From: Microgenomates group bacterium | Lineage (GTDB): Bacteria > Patescibacteriota > Microgenomatia > Daviesbacterales > UBA10151 | Length of the DNA: 64,000 bases | Reading direction: 5' to 3' | NCBI GenBank assembly: GCA_041659805.1 | Contig: JBAZXP010000001.1 | Coordinates: 966,841-1,030,840, forward strand | Notes under the pieces: generated by a model | Seen by the model: only the letters and a program-made list of their open reading frames with translations | Told to the model about the DNA's origin: nothing | Database searches by the model: none | Shown: positions 23,954-33,462 of the stretch, one piece after another | How the letters are laid out: each line of letters opens with the position of its first letter | Position numbering within the stretch: the first letter of the stretch is position 1 | Program-made: the position numbers and the translations under genes

Positions 23954-25125
23954 GCAGCTAACCCCAACCTTTCTAAAGTTTCCCTAACTATCGATTTGTC
24001 ACCGGAGATCTTTCCTAAATCGTCTGAAAGTTTTACTACAGCTATTTGATCCAAACTTTGTGGCTTGGTAATATGAAACATTTTAATTACCATATTTAAA
24101 GGAATTCGACCAACATCATTAGTGAAATTTGTACCAATTCCAAATAACGTATTAATTCTGCCTTCGTTATATTTGAGAATTTCCAAAGCCCGTGGAATAT
24201 CTAAAGCATCAGAGTATAGGGCTGTAAAATCCATTGGATTTAAGCCAAGTTTATTTTGAATATGATTAATAATTTTATCTGTCCAGGCTTCTGGATTACC
24301 GGAATCCTGTCTTAAGGTCTTGAAAATTGCTGCCTTCTCAGACGTGTAAGACTTTAGAAAATTGTCAGTTGTATAAGTATCTGTTAGAGCTGTTGCCAAA
24401 CTTCCATTAAATTCTTTTGCCCAAATTTCCATAGCCATCTGATTGGCTCTTTCTACTCCATATATTCCAGACAACCCTTGTACCCATTCATGAGCAAAAG
24501 TCCCTTTTGGAGATAAGTCATACTTCATCGCCAATTCAACGTTACTGGTTCCTAAAAGCGAAGCTCCTCCATCTCTTTTTAAAATCGATATGAGTTCGTC
24601 ATGCACAAAATAAGAAGCCCTTCGTCTAGTTCCAAATTCCAAATATCTGGCGCCATTAGCTAGAAATATTTGAGCTTTTTTTGAAGCCTTTTCTTGCCAA
24701 CCTTCTACTGGTGGTTGCCCTGTTTCTTGAAAATAAAGTTCAGAAATAGTTGCCATCAAAGGAACTTCCCAATAAATTGCTTTGTGCCAAGGTCCTTCTA
24801 TATCAACAGATAAATCTCCTCCGTCTTGTTTTATAGAAACTTCTTCCGGACTAAAACGGTATTTAGAAAACCAATTAAGATAATCAGCTGCAAGATATGG
24901 GCAGCCAACTTCTAAAAACTTTCTTTGTTGCTCAGTCAGAGATAAGTCTGCCATTAAATCTACCTGCTCTTGTAGTTTTTGACCGAATCCATTAGGAAAT
25001 TCTGTCTTTGCACGGTTAATAAACTTAAACCCTGCATCAATATCTGCAAAGTTATGAAAAACTGCCTGACCCATTGTCAGCTTGTATAAATCGTTATCTA
25101 ATAATGTATGTATAATTCTTTCCAT
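23950..25125 (-). CDS. pncB: nicotinate phosphoribosyltransferase
   Basis: N-terminal LLDNDLYKLTMGQAV matches the PncB signature (DxYKxTM); 391 aa. Confidence 0.75.
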   Translation of the reverse strand: MERIIHTLLDNDLYKLTMGQAVFHNFADIDAGFKFINRAKTEFPNGFGQKLQEQVDLMADLSLTEQQRKFLEVGCPYLAADYLNWFSKYRFSPEEVSIKQDGGDLSVDIEGPWHKAIYWEVPLMATISELYFQETGQPPVEGWQEKASKKAQIFLANGARYLEFGTRRRASYFVHDELISILKRDGGASLLGTSNVELAMKYDLSPKGTFAHEWVQGLSGIYGVERANQMAMEIWAKEFNGSLATALTDTYTTDNFLKSYTSEKAAIFKTLRQDSGNPEAWTDKIINHIQNKLGLNPMDFTALYSDALDIPRALEILKYNEGRINTLFGIGTNFTNDVGRIPLNMVIKMFHITKPQSLDQIAVVKLSDDLGKISGDKSIVRETLERLGLAA

Positions 25126-25166
25126 TTTTTATTTTTCCTTTCTTGTTTATGTATTTTTATAAATGT

Positions 25167-26156
25167 TTAAACAGTAAAGAAATATTTTGACTGTTTTAGC
25201 GATTCATCTATTAATTGAATAGCTGAATTTAAACGGGTTTTTTGAGAACCTTCCAAAACTACAAAATTCTTTTTTGACTTCTTAAGTTCTTCAATAAACC
25301 TCACATGCATTTGATGACGGATATGTTCCCCATCCCTTGTACCATCTTGAACAAACGGGATTTCATCCCCTGTTAAAAGATAAAGATCGTAACTATGTTT
25401 TTTAGAAACTGCTTTCACTTCCGGTGAAATTTTTCCGACATATCGTTCATTCCAAAGAGTAGTTGCAAAAGCATCTGTATCACAAATAAGTAGTCTGTTT
25501 GCTCTTCTGGCAAGAATATCCTCCAACCTGTTTTGCTCTTTTGCTATATGTACGAATTCTTTGTCTACCCACATATTCCCTTCAGGAGAAAACATCTTCG
25601 CCTCGTAATATATTCTTCCGTATTCGGGTACCCAACTCGTTTCATAATGTTTTGCTAAATCTTTTGCCAAGGTTGTGGTACCGGTAGATTCTGCTCCCAG
25701 AACACATATTTTTTTAACAAAATATGCCCTTACATTTGGTTCTAGATATTTCCAATATTTAAGAGGATTTTGTCTTATCATTGTTCCGGAACAAGGAACG
25801 TGCACTCTTTCTCTATCCACTAAAATATGTTTGGATCCCATGAATTTTGCATAAGGCTCACCATAATCCTCAGAAGTAAAAACTAAATCAGGGACGAAAC
25901 CCAACCATTCGATTGTTTTCTTAGCCCAGATTTTTGAATCATCTGGATCAAGATCGCTTTCATCGATTACCATAACTTTTACCTTTGGATGAATTTCTCT
26001 TATCCATTTTGCCCGTAATTTTGGTGAAATTGTTTGCGCTTTTTTCCCACAAACAATAACAGTTAGATGATCAACTTGAGAGCTTGCTGTATCTATCAAG
26101 TATTTATGACCCAAGTGTGGTGGATAAAATTTTCCGATTACCAATCCTTTTATCAT
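25167..26156 (-). CDS. nadR: NadR-type bifunctional NMN adenylyltransferase / ribosylnicotinamide kinase (no HTH domain)
   Basis: GKFYPPHLGHKYLI (HxGH nucleotidyltransferase) and a C-terminal P-loop kinase domain GAESTGTTTLAKDLA; start taken at MIKGLVIG (26156), which abuts the pnuC stop. Confidence 0.7.
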   Translation of the reverse strand: MIKGLVIGKFYPPHLGHKYLIDTASSQVDHLTVIVCGKKAQTISPKLRAKWIREIHPKVKVMVIDESDLDPDDSKIWAKKTIEWLGFVPDLVFTSEDYGEPYAKFMGSKHILVDRERVHVPCSGTMIRQNPLKYWKYLEPNVRAYFVKKICVLGAESTGTTTLAKDLAKHYETSWVPEYGRIYYEAKMFSPEGNMWVDKEFVHIAKEQNRLEDILARRANRLLICDTDAFATTLWNERYVGKISPEVKAVSKKHSYDLYLLTGDEIPFVQDGTRDGEHIRHQMHVRFIEELKKSKKNFVVLEGSQKTRLNSAIQLIDESLKQSKYFFTV

Positions 26157-26794
26157 TTTGTTCCTCCCATTAATGACTTGCGCCATTGCATAAGCCCTAC
26201 TATGCACATACAAAGGAATAGCGCATAAAGAACGCTTGTCAGGTACAAGCCCTTGTAGGCATATAGCCAAATGTAAATTACATCAGCAGAAATCCAAACA
26301 TACCAATTCTCAAGTATTTTTCGTGTTAATAAGTACTGCGCTACCAAGCTCATCACCGTGGTTAAAGCGTCCCAAAAAGGTGCTGAATCGTTGATTTGTC
26401 GCAGATATACAGTCATTCCGAATGTTGTAAGAATTGTTATCATTAGGAGTATTAACACGGTATTGATCCCTACGTGAGAAACTTTAAGTTCGGTTTTATT
26501 CTCCCCACCTTTTAGCCACCAGTACCAACCCAGGATTCCTAAAACTATATAGACAACCTGAAGTCCCATATCTGCAAAAAGCCTGGCTTGTAAAAATAAA
26601 ACAATAAAGAAAACATTGTTGGCGATCCCAATAGGCCAATTCCAAATATTTTGTTTTACAGTCAACCAAACACAAGCTGCACCAGTTATAAATCCAAGTA
26701 CTTCAGTTACCCCCATTGGTAAAATACTTTTCCAAGATGTATACAGCAAGGCTGCTGAAACTAAACTAAAAATTGTTAATTCTTTTTTGTTCAT
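26153..26794 (-). CDS. pnuC: nicotinamide riboside transporter PnuC
   Basis: 213-aa, 7-TM protein with WNWPIGIANNVFF; classical pnuC-nadR adjacency. Confidence 0.65.
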   Translation of the reverse strand: MNKKELTIFSLVSAALLYTSWKSILPMGVTEVLGFITGAACVWLTVKQNIWNWPIGIANNVFFIVLFLQARLFADMGLQVVYIVLGILGWYWWLKGGENKTELKVSHVGINTVLILLMITILTTFGMTVYLRQINDSAPFWDALTTVMSLVAQYLLTRKILENWYVWISADVIYIWLYAYKGLYLTSVLYALFLCMCIVGLMQWRKSLMGGTK

Positions 26795-26815
26795 ATAATT
26801 TATTTCTTTTGTATT

Positions 26816-26877
26816 AGTGTCTTTCTTACACTTACTTAGTGTATGATATACCCTTTAGTTAGTGTTGTCAATACACT
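26816..26877. promoter_or_regulatory. promoter of the pnuC-nadR-pncB-nadE-nadM-nadK-pncA operon with three tandem AGTGT-N7-AC(A/C)CT operator-like palindromes (22-23 bp phasing)
   Basis: AGTGTctttcttACACT (26816-26832), AGTGTatgatatACcCT (26838-26854), AGTGTtgtcaatACACT (26861-26877). The third spacer is TTGACA on the coding strand, a TATCAT -10 lies inside the second box and the first box sits at the presumed TSS. Confidence 0.5.
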
Positions 26878-26920
26878 ACTTTATAACAAAGGGATTTGTG
26901 TGGTTACTTTTAGAATTAAC

Positions 26921-28219
26921 TCAGGACTTTGGCTCTTGCAGCTTGTCCGATAAAGGAAAGACGGCTTTTTCTCCTATTACAGCAATAGTACCCAAGCCTA
27001 ATGCCATAAGTAGGGCATCTGTTAAGTGACGGGTATAGATTGTAGTGGACTTTGAACCTGCAAATTTTGTAATTTCTCTGGTTCCATATAAATTTCGGTT
27101 TGCTAAATCCATCGCTGGAGGAATTTGGTAATTACCTGATTCATATTGAAAAAAATCATCAAATAATTTCAATGTGGTATCTGCTTGAACATTTGTGTTC
27201 TCTACCGAAGATCTAACTTTATTCCAACGTGAATCTAAAAACCCGTTGTATCCGCTAAGCAATACTTGAGTCCGATCTTTAATTTCTAGCAGCTTGCTTC
27301 TAACACTTTGTACGTCATTTCCCATAACCCGCTTGAAATTTACATCAGGCGAGGCGTCTGTTTGAGAAACAACCTGGGCTGTATTTCCTTTAATCTCTTT
27401 CAACAAGTCTTTATTTTCACTGGCAAAAGCTCTTTGTAGATCTCTTATCTTAAAGGATAATAATCCTGCAGCAGCAAGTTTCAAAAAAGTTCGTCTCTTA
27501 ATATATTTTTTATCATCAATAAATGCATATCCGTATCCATCATCTGTCATGTGATGTAATGCTTCCTCATATGTACAAAAAGCACCCCCTACTATTCCAA
27601 AAGCCAAACCAGCCATCCAAAATTGACTAGTAGTATCAACAGCTTTTTCACTATAATATAAGGACGATCCATTATTGGATAAATCAAAAGCTTCTGGCGC
27701 CTGCTTTTGATTAGACTCTAGCTTACCAATAAGATCTCCCGTGTCATTTTCCCAGTTATATATTTGATTATGACCTAAACCTAACCTAGTCAACGTAGCA
27801 TCTTTCCATACATATTCGCATTCAGTTTTAGTTGTTATAGTTGAGTTTCCCTTACTATCATATGTAATTACCGGAACTGTTCTGCATTCATAATCTTCAT
27901 AAGCAGACGTCCATGCAGATTTTAAATTCTTAAGTTGAAAATACATAGGATTAATAACTGAAGCAAACCTTTCAAAAAAATCCATTATTTCAGGAAATTC
28001 GGAAAGATTTTTTAATCTGCTTTCTGACTTTACTTCATAGCTTACTAACTGATCCTGAGACCCTTTCCAGGCTAAATATAACATCCCCATTACGCTTAAG
28101 GCTTCTCCTCCATATTCAAGCAGTGTATCGGTGCTATTTACACCATCATCTTTAAAGTGATCGAAAGGAGCTGTTAAAATTTGTCTGCGGCTATATTTTT
28201 TAGGCTCTTTAAATTCCAT
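26921..28219 (-). CDS. hypothetical protein with an internal twin-arginine-like motif
   Basis: 432-aa ORF; KRRTFLKLAAAGLLSF (Tat-like RRxFLK plus hydrophobic run) lies at residue ~236, preceded by a Met at ~222, so the gene may be shorter or a fusion. Confidence 0.35.
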   Translation of the reverse strand: MEFKEPKKYSRRQILTAPFDHFKDDGVNSTDTLLEYGGEALSVMGMLYLAWKGSQDQLVSYEVKSESRLKNLSEFPEIMDFFERFASVINPMYFQLKNLKSAWTSAYEDYECRTVPVITYDSKGNSTITTKTECEYVWKDATLTRLGLGHNQIYNWENDTGDLIGKLESNQKQAPEAFDLSNNGSSLYYSEKAVDTTSQFWMAGLAFGIVGGAFCTYEEALHHMTDDGYGYAFIDDKKYIKRRTFLKLAAAGLLSFKIRDLQRAFASENKDLLKEIKGNTAQVVSQTDASPDVNFKRVMGNDVQSVRSKLLEIKDRTQVLLSGYNGFLDSRWNKVRSSVENTNVQADTTLKLFDDFFQYESGNYQIPPAMDLANRNLYGTREITKFAGSKSTTIYTRHLTDALLMALGLGTIAVIGEKAVFPLSDKLQEPKS

Positions 28220-28274
28220 AGATTGGAATTATACTGCAAACTCATACTATTTTCAAACTATGGGCCTTGAAAAG

Positions 28275-29258
28275 TTATTTATTAAAATATTCATAAACAG
28301 CTTTGGATATTAATGCAATCCTGTCTTGGGCACCTGCAGGTGAGTCACTTTTTGACATAACCACAATAATATAATCCCCTTTTTCTGTATAAACTATACC
28401 TGCATCGTGCTTAAACCAACCTATATCACCTGTTTTATTAGCCACAATAGTGGTTGGAGGTAAATATTTAGGTAACCCCCCATCAGATTGCTGCCCTTTT
28501 AGAATCTCCAGCATTTCTGTTGTATCTTCAGGATTTGCAAGCTCCCCTTTATATAATTTTTCAAAAAACAACATGATATCAAAAGCATTAGAACTTGGCG
28601 CTTCTACCCCTTCCCTTAGAGCAGACGATGAAAAAATGTTTGATTTCAAGAAAATTTCAACAGATGAAGATTTAACCTTATCAGTAAGCAACATTGCTGC
28701 ATAGTTATGCGATATTGTTATCATTTGTTTTATTGCTGACGCAACAGACATACTAAATGCACCGCTTGTCATTTCTGCGTCCGCTGGCCCGATATTAAAT
28801 TTTTGATTTAGATTTCTGACACTATCACTTAAAATCTCATCCTTAGTTAAAATTCCTTCCTGAATTTGTTGATAAGCTGTTGCCATCACCCACAGCTTAT
28901 ACAAACTACCGGTTTCATATATTTTTTTCTCATTCAAAAAATAAGATTCTCCTGTTTTTAGATTTTTGATTGCAACTGCATAATCACCTTTAGTGTCAAC
29001 CAAAGCATTTTTCACTGCTTTCTCTATTTGGTTCTCTGCTTCTGGAGGATTAACTCCATTCGGAGAATTTAGATTGGAACCGGACGAGACAAAGGGGTTA
29101 ACTAAGCCGCCAGACTTACCTGAAATACCCCTAAAAAACATAAAGACAAATCCTACTGCCACTACGGTAATGAGTATCAGAACAAAGGTTTGAATCAACC
29201 TTCTTCTTTTCCTTCTTTGTCTTTTAATAAAAAATTTTGTCGCAATTTGTTTTTCCAT
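28275..29258 (-). CDS. class A beta-lactamase-like / PBP-type serine hydrolase, membrane anchored
   Basis: N-terminal TM, then SxxK (TGSLYKLW), SxN (ISHNYAA) and KTG (ANKTGDIGW) motifs. Confidence 0.55.
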   Translation of the reverse strand: MEKQIATKFFIKRQRRKRRRLIQTFVLILITVVAVGFVFMFFRGISGKSGGLVNPFVSSGSNLNSPNGVNPPEAENQIEKAVKNALVDTKGDYAVAIKNLKTGESYFLNEKKIYETGSLYKLWVMATAYQQIQEGILTKDEILSDSVRNLNQKFNIGPADAEMTSGAFSMSVASAIKQMITISHNYAAMLLTDKVKSSSVEIFLKSNIFSSSALREGVEAPSSNAFDIMLFFEKLYKGELANPEDTTEMLEILKGQQSDGGLPKYLPPTTIVANKTGDIGWFKHDAGIVYTEKGDYIIVVMSKSDSPAGAQDRIALISKAVYEYFNK

Positions 29259-29351
29259 ATTAGATATATCAACTATTTATACCTAGGATTGAATCGCTGG
29301 TCAAGATTAAGAAATAAAAATTTAATAAAAGTGATAAAATTGCTAAAGGTT

Positions 29352-30224
29352 ATGATTAAATTTATTTTTCCTGAATATAAATATCTTGGTTCTGCTTTTA
29401 ATAATCTAGCTGATGGACGATTTTCAATTAACCGTTTCCCAAACCAGGAAATGTATGTGACATTAAAAACAAATGTTAAAAATGAAGATTGCCTGGTTGC
29501 AGGTTCTATCACTCCGCCTGATGAAAACTTAATTGCCATGTTATTTTTATCCCATACTTTAAAAAAAGAGGGAGCAGATAAAATTACTTTATTTTTACCC
29601 TACCTTGCTTACGCCAGACATGATAAACAAAAACCGGGAGAAAGTTTAGTAACAGAAGAAATAGGCAGATTGTTAAAAGTCTCGAATGTAAGCAGTATAG
29701 TAACTATTGAAGCACACAGTCAAAAACTGGAAGATTTTTATCATATACCTGTCACATCTCTTTCTACAACAAAATTATTTGCCAGTGTGATAAAAAAACT
29801 TAATCTGAATAATCCGGTTTTTGTTGCCCCTGATGAAGGTTCTTTAAAAAAAGCTCAGGACTTATTCGATGAATCAGGCAAAAAAGGATCTGTTACATAC
29901 TTTAAGAAGAAACGTTCTACAGGAGGTAAGATTACTTCAGTCTTACAAGCGCAAGTTTCCGGTGTTGCAATTATTATAGATGATATGCTGGATACCGGAG
30001 GAACTTTAGTTACTGCTTGTGAACATTTACAGACCAAAGGGGTTAAAGATATATATATTTTAGTGACACATGGATTATTTACCGGGGAAAAATGGCATAA
30101 ATTGTGGGATTTAGGTGTTAAAAAAATATATTGTACTGACTCAATTCCTAATCCTGATTTTGCAAAAAATCCAAATATTGAAGTACTCTCGATAAAACCT
30201 ATTATAGAAGAATATTTAAGATAG
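29352..30224 (+). CDS. prs: ribose-phosphate pyrophosphokinase (PRPP synthetase)
   Basis: PRPP-binding motif IIIDDMLDTGGTL and Prs-like length; start moved to the ATG at 29352 (AAAGG RBS) because the 29190 start would overlap the upstream gene. Confidence 0.8.
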   Translation: MIKFIFPEYKYLGSAFNNLADGRFSINRFPNQEMYVTLKTNVKNEDCLVAGSITPPDENLIAMLFLSHTLKKEGADKITLFLPYLAYARHDKQKPGESLVTEEIGRLLKVSNVSSIVTIEAHSQKLEDFYHIPVTSLSTTKLFASVIKKLNLNNPVFVAPDEGSLKKAQDLFDESGKKGSVTYFKKKRSTGGKITSVLQAQVSGVAIIIDDMLDTGGTLVTACEHLQTKGVKDIYILVTHGLFTGEKWHKLWDLGVKKIYCTDSIPNPDFAKNPNIEVLSIKPIIEEYLR

Positions 30225-30653
30225 TTTTTTTATTTTTTCTATTATTTTTTGAGTAGAAAAACCGTCAACTAATAGTGTAACAACTTTTACTTTTGCACTA
30301 ACTAATTTTGCAGTTCTTTCTTTAAATTTAATATTGGGATCGCCCGCTGTTGTGGCAATAATATCTGGATTTATTTGTTTAACCATCAAATCATAATCAC
30401 TATTTTTCATTTCAGTTGGTAATAAAACTACAACATCCACGTCCTCCAAAGAGGTTAAAACTTCTGCCCGGTCTTTTTGGATATTTACAGGTCTACCCTG
30501 CCCTTTCATCTCCTCTATCCTCTCATCACTTTCTAACAGCACAATTAATTTATCACCCAAAGATCTGGCTTTTTGTAAAAATCTGATATGACCAACGTGC
30601 AAAATATCAAAACACCCACCAACTAAAACTACTTTTTCATCCGAGGTTTTCAT
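30216..30653 (-). CDS. small HxGH cytidylyl/adenylyl-transferase (TagD / RibL FAD-synthase-like family)
   Basis: VVLVGGCFDILHVGHIRFLQKARSLGDKLIVLLESDE closely matches the GxFDxxHxGH...A+xLGDxL[IV]V...DE core of glycerol-3-phosphate cytidylyltransferase/RibL; 145 aa. Confidence 0.55.
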   Translation of the reverse strand: MKTSDEKVVLVGGCFDILHVGHIRFLQKARSLGDKLIVLLESDERIEEMKGQGRPVNIQKDRAEVLTSLEDVDVVVLLPTEMKNSDYDLMVKQINPDIIATTAGDPNIKFKERTAKLVSAKVKVVTLLVDGFSTQKIIEKIKKLS

Positions 30654-30937
30654 ATCTAAAATTATACTACACCAAAGCCCGTAATTTGCTTATTTTCCAA
30701 CTTTGTGCTATGATACACAAAGTTGATTTAAAATTCGAGCTATTCGAAGTATTACTTCCTTACTTACTGCCAGTTTTTTTATGCAGTTGCTATATGGTTA
30801 GCGGGACTTTAATTTTTGATAGTAGCTCCTAAGTCTCGTTAATAAATTTCAAGATTTATATTTTTTCTTCAATCAGAATTGTCCTGTGTCGTAATGTTTT
30901 TATACACAGAACACAGGATAACTCGCCAAATAAAAAT

Positions 30938-32161
30938 ATGTACCAAAACCGTTACAGTTCAAATAGATCAAATAACAGGCCATCTTATGGTGGTTCTTCT
31001 CGTTACCCCAGACGCCCAAACACACGTTTTAACGGTCCGAGAAAATCAGCACTCGAAAACAATGTTAGTCTTTTTATTAAGAGAGCAGAACCGCTCGCTG
31101 TAGAAATCGGAGAGAATGTAACTCATGCTAGTTTTAATGACTTTGATATTAACGACGCTTTAAAACAAAATATTTCAGCAAAGGGTTACACGTGTCCTAC
31201 CCCAATCCAGGACCAAGTAATTGAACCTATTTTAGCAGGCAGAGATTTAATAGGACTCGCTAATACAGGAACAGGTAAAACTGCTGCTTTTTTAATTCCT
31301 TTAATTAATAAAATTTACAAAGATAGAACTCAGGGCGCTTTAATTGTTGTACCAACCAGAGAATTGGCAGTCCAGATTTTGGAAGAATTCAGAAGCTTAA
31401 CTATGGATATGAAATTATCCTCAGCTCTGGCAATCGGCGGATCAAATTTAGACAGACAAATCAGAGATGTTAAACGTGTTCCTCATGTAGTCATTGGTAC
31501 TCCGGGGAGATTAAAAGATTTAATTGAAAGAAATGCTTTAGATTTATCTGATTATTCCACATTTATACTTGATGAAGTAGATTTGATGGTAGATATTGGC
31601 TTTATTGCTGATGTGAAATATTTTGTGTCACTTTTACCAGAAGTTCGTCAATCACTATTTTTCTCTGCCACAATTTCTCCAAAAATTCAGGAAATTATCA
31701 GAATTTTTGTTAACAACCCTGTAACTATTTCTGTTAAAACTACAGATACTTCAAAAAATATTGATCAGGATGTTATTTTAGTTGAAAATGGGCATAAAAA
31801 AATTGAACAATTACACGACTTATTAATAAAAGACGGATTCGATAAAGTATTAATCTTCGGCAGAACAAAAAGAGGTGTTGAAACTTTAAACAGAGAACTT
31901 GAAATCAGAGGTTTTAAAGTCGGAGCAATTCACGGTAATAAGACTCAGGGATATAGACAGAGAGTCTTACAAAGTTTTAAACAAGACGAAATTCAAATTC
32001 TTTTGGCAACAGACGTTGCTGCCAGGGGATTAGATATTCCAAACGTTTCTCATGTTATCAATTACGAATTACCGGAAACCTACGATGACTATATTCACAG
32101 AATCGGAAGAACAGGCAGAGCCGGAAAAGTAGGCACTGCTTTAACTTTTGTTAATGCTTAA
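30938..32161 (+). CDS. DEAD-box ATP-dependent RNA helicase with RG/S-rich N-terminus
   Basis: Q-motif region, GTGKTAAF (motif I), DEVD (motif II variant), SAT, HRIGRTGRAG (motif VI). Confidence 0.85.
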   Translation: MYQNRYSSNRSNNRPSYGGSSRYPRRPNTRFNGPRKSALENNVSLFIKRAEPLAVEIGENVTHASFNDFDINDALKQNISAKGYTCPTPIQDQVIEPILAGRDLIGLANTGTGKTAAFLIPLINKIYKDRTQGALIVVPTRELAVQILEEFRSLTMDMKLSSALAIGGSNLDRQIRDVKRVPHVVIGTPGRLKDLIERNALDLSDYSTFILDEVDLMVDIGFIADVKYFVSLLPEVRQSLFFSATISPKIQEIIRIFVNNPVTISVKTTDTSKNIDQDVILVENGHKKIEQLHDLLIKDGFDKVLIFGRTKRGVETLNRELEIRGFKVGAIHGNKTQGYRQRVLQSFKQDEIQILLATDVAARGLDIPNVSHVINYELPETYDDYIHRIGRTGRAGKVGTALTFVNA

Positions 32162-32190
32162 ATATTTCATCGGTAAAATATACACCACGT

Positions 32191-33429
32191 TCAAAGAACT
32201 TCAGAAATTCTAGAATCAATAAAATACGGATCATCTCCCCTCATATCTTTTTCTATAACGTCACACAACCAAGGTGCCAAATCTACCCATTCGGTTTTAC
32301 CATAAGGGTTTAAATCTCCTAAAGGTTGTCTGGAATTTGTGGCAAAAATATTAGATATAAAAGGATTGTTTATTCTTTGAGCCCACTTTAAACCTACTAA
32401 TTCTAAGTGTGCGGCTAAAACAATATACGCCTCAGCTCCCTTTTTATACTGCAAATCCTCTGCAATTTCATCGACGGTTGATACGCCAGTAATAACATCA
32501 TCAAAACCAACGCCAATCTTATTCTTTAATATAACTCCTTCGTTTTCCAGGTGATCTCCATTAATAGTCACGCTACTTTCAGTTTTACGGATCTTACTAT
32601 ATCCAAAACGGGGAATGCATAAATAATCACTGATTTTACCCGCAGCATGGTTTCTTCCATCATCAGGCCCGATAATCCGAGTGTTATCCACTGTTAACTT
32701 TACTCTAGATCCATCACAAATTCGTACGCCTTTGTTTTTGACTTCGTCTGCCATTACTTTCCATAAAGATAATGGCAAAAGAGGCATCCCTCTCTCTGCT
32801 GCGAACGCTTGAGTTGCACTTGAATGAGGCTCAACCACAATCATCCTGTCAACAACAGTACTAAGCATTTTAAGCATGGCTTTGTTGTTAATTGCCTGAT
32901 GTTCATATTTTCCTTCCTTGTTAACGTTTTTATCCTGTCTGGCGCCTGCCAAAAATGATACCACAAGAGTAAAGCACTCTACTCCCAATTCATCCTTACA
33001 CCTATCAGCAGTTGCAATAATACTAAATAGGTCCCTCTCATCAACAATTGATGCTATACCGTATATAGATTTAACTCCTGATTCAAGTCCAATGCTTTCA
33101 TTTTTCGGTTCATGATTATCAAATTCAAGAGAATGGTTAACCCGCACTATCGGGAGAGAAGATAACTTGCTCAACAAAGGTGATTGAAAAAGTGAATTAG
33201 TCACATCCTGAATTTTTTCAGGGTTTCGCTGGAAAATTATTATTTGGTGATTAAAAGGATCATCCAAACTACCGAGTAATTGATTTCTTTTTGAAGTGCC
33301 TTCTACCCACATATCATGAGCACTTTGACGTTCTAAACGGAGAGCATGCCTGTATATCCGTCCATGAATACTATCTTCTGGCAACGTTTCTTCTACAAAT
33401 ACTGGTTTAGTTTCTAAGTTTAGTGACAC
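32191..33429 (-). CDS. Prs-like phosphoribosyl pyrophosphokinase paralogue with ~60-aa N-terminal extension
   Basis: LAGARQDK (vs YARQDR), MIVVEPHSS (vs ALDLHA), IIGPDDG (vs VSPDHGG), GFDDVITGVSTV PRPP-binding loop (vs DDIIDTAGT). Confidence 0.5.
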   Translation of the reverse strand: MSLNLETKPVFVEETLPEDSIHGRIYRHALRLERQSAHDMWVEGTSKRNQLLGSLDDPFNHQIIIFQRNPEKIQDVTNSLFQSPLLSKLSSLPIVRVNHSLEFDNHEPKNESIGLESGVKSIYGIASIVDERDLFSIIATADRCKDELGVECFTLVVSFLAGARQDKNVNKEGKYEHQAINNKAMLKMLSTVVDRMIVVEPHSSATQAFAAERGMPLLPLSLWKVMADEVKNKGVRICDGSRVKLTVDNTRIIGPDDGRNHAAGKISDYLCIPRFGYSKIRKTESSVTINGDHLENEGVILKNKIGVGFDDVITGVSTVDEIAEDLQYKKGAEAYIVLAAHLELVGLKWAQRINNPFISNIFATNSRQPLGDLNPYGKTEWVDLAPWLCDVIEKDMRGDDPYFIDSRISEVL

Positions 33430-33462
33430 TTAAAAAATCTTTCTGGGCAGAATAAATTTTTG

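Noticed and set aside
29190-29351. Upstream extension of prs to 29190
   Set aside because: Would overlap the beta-lactamase-like gene by ~70 bp and adds a non-conserved Arg/Leu-rich N-terminus; the ATG at 29352 with an AAAGG RBS gives a canonical Prs N-terminus.
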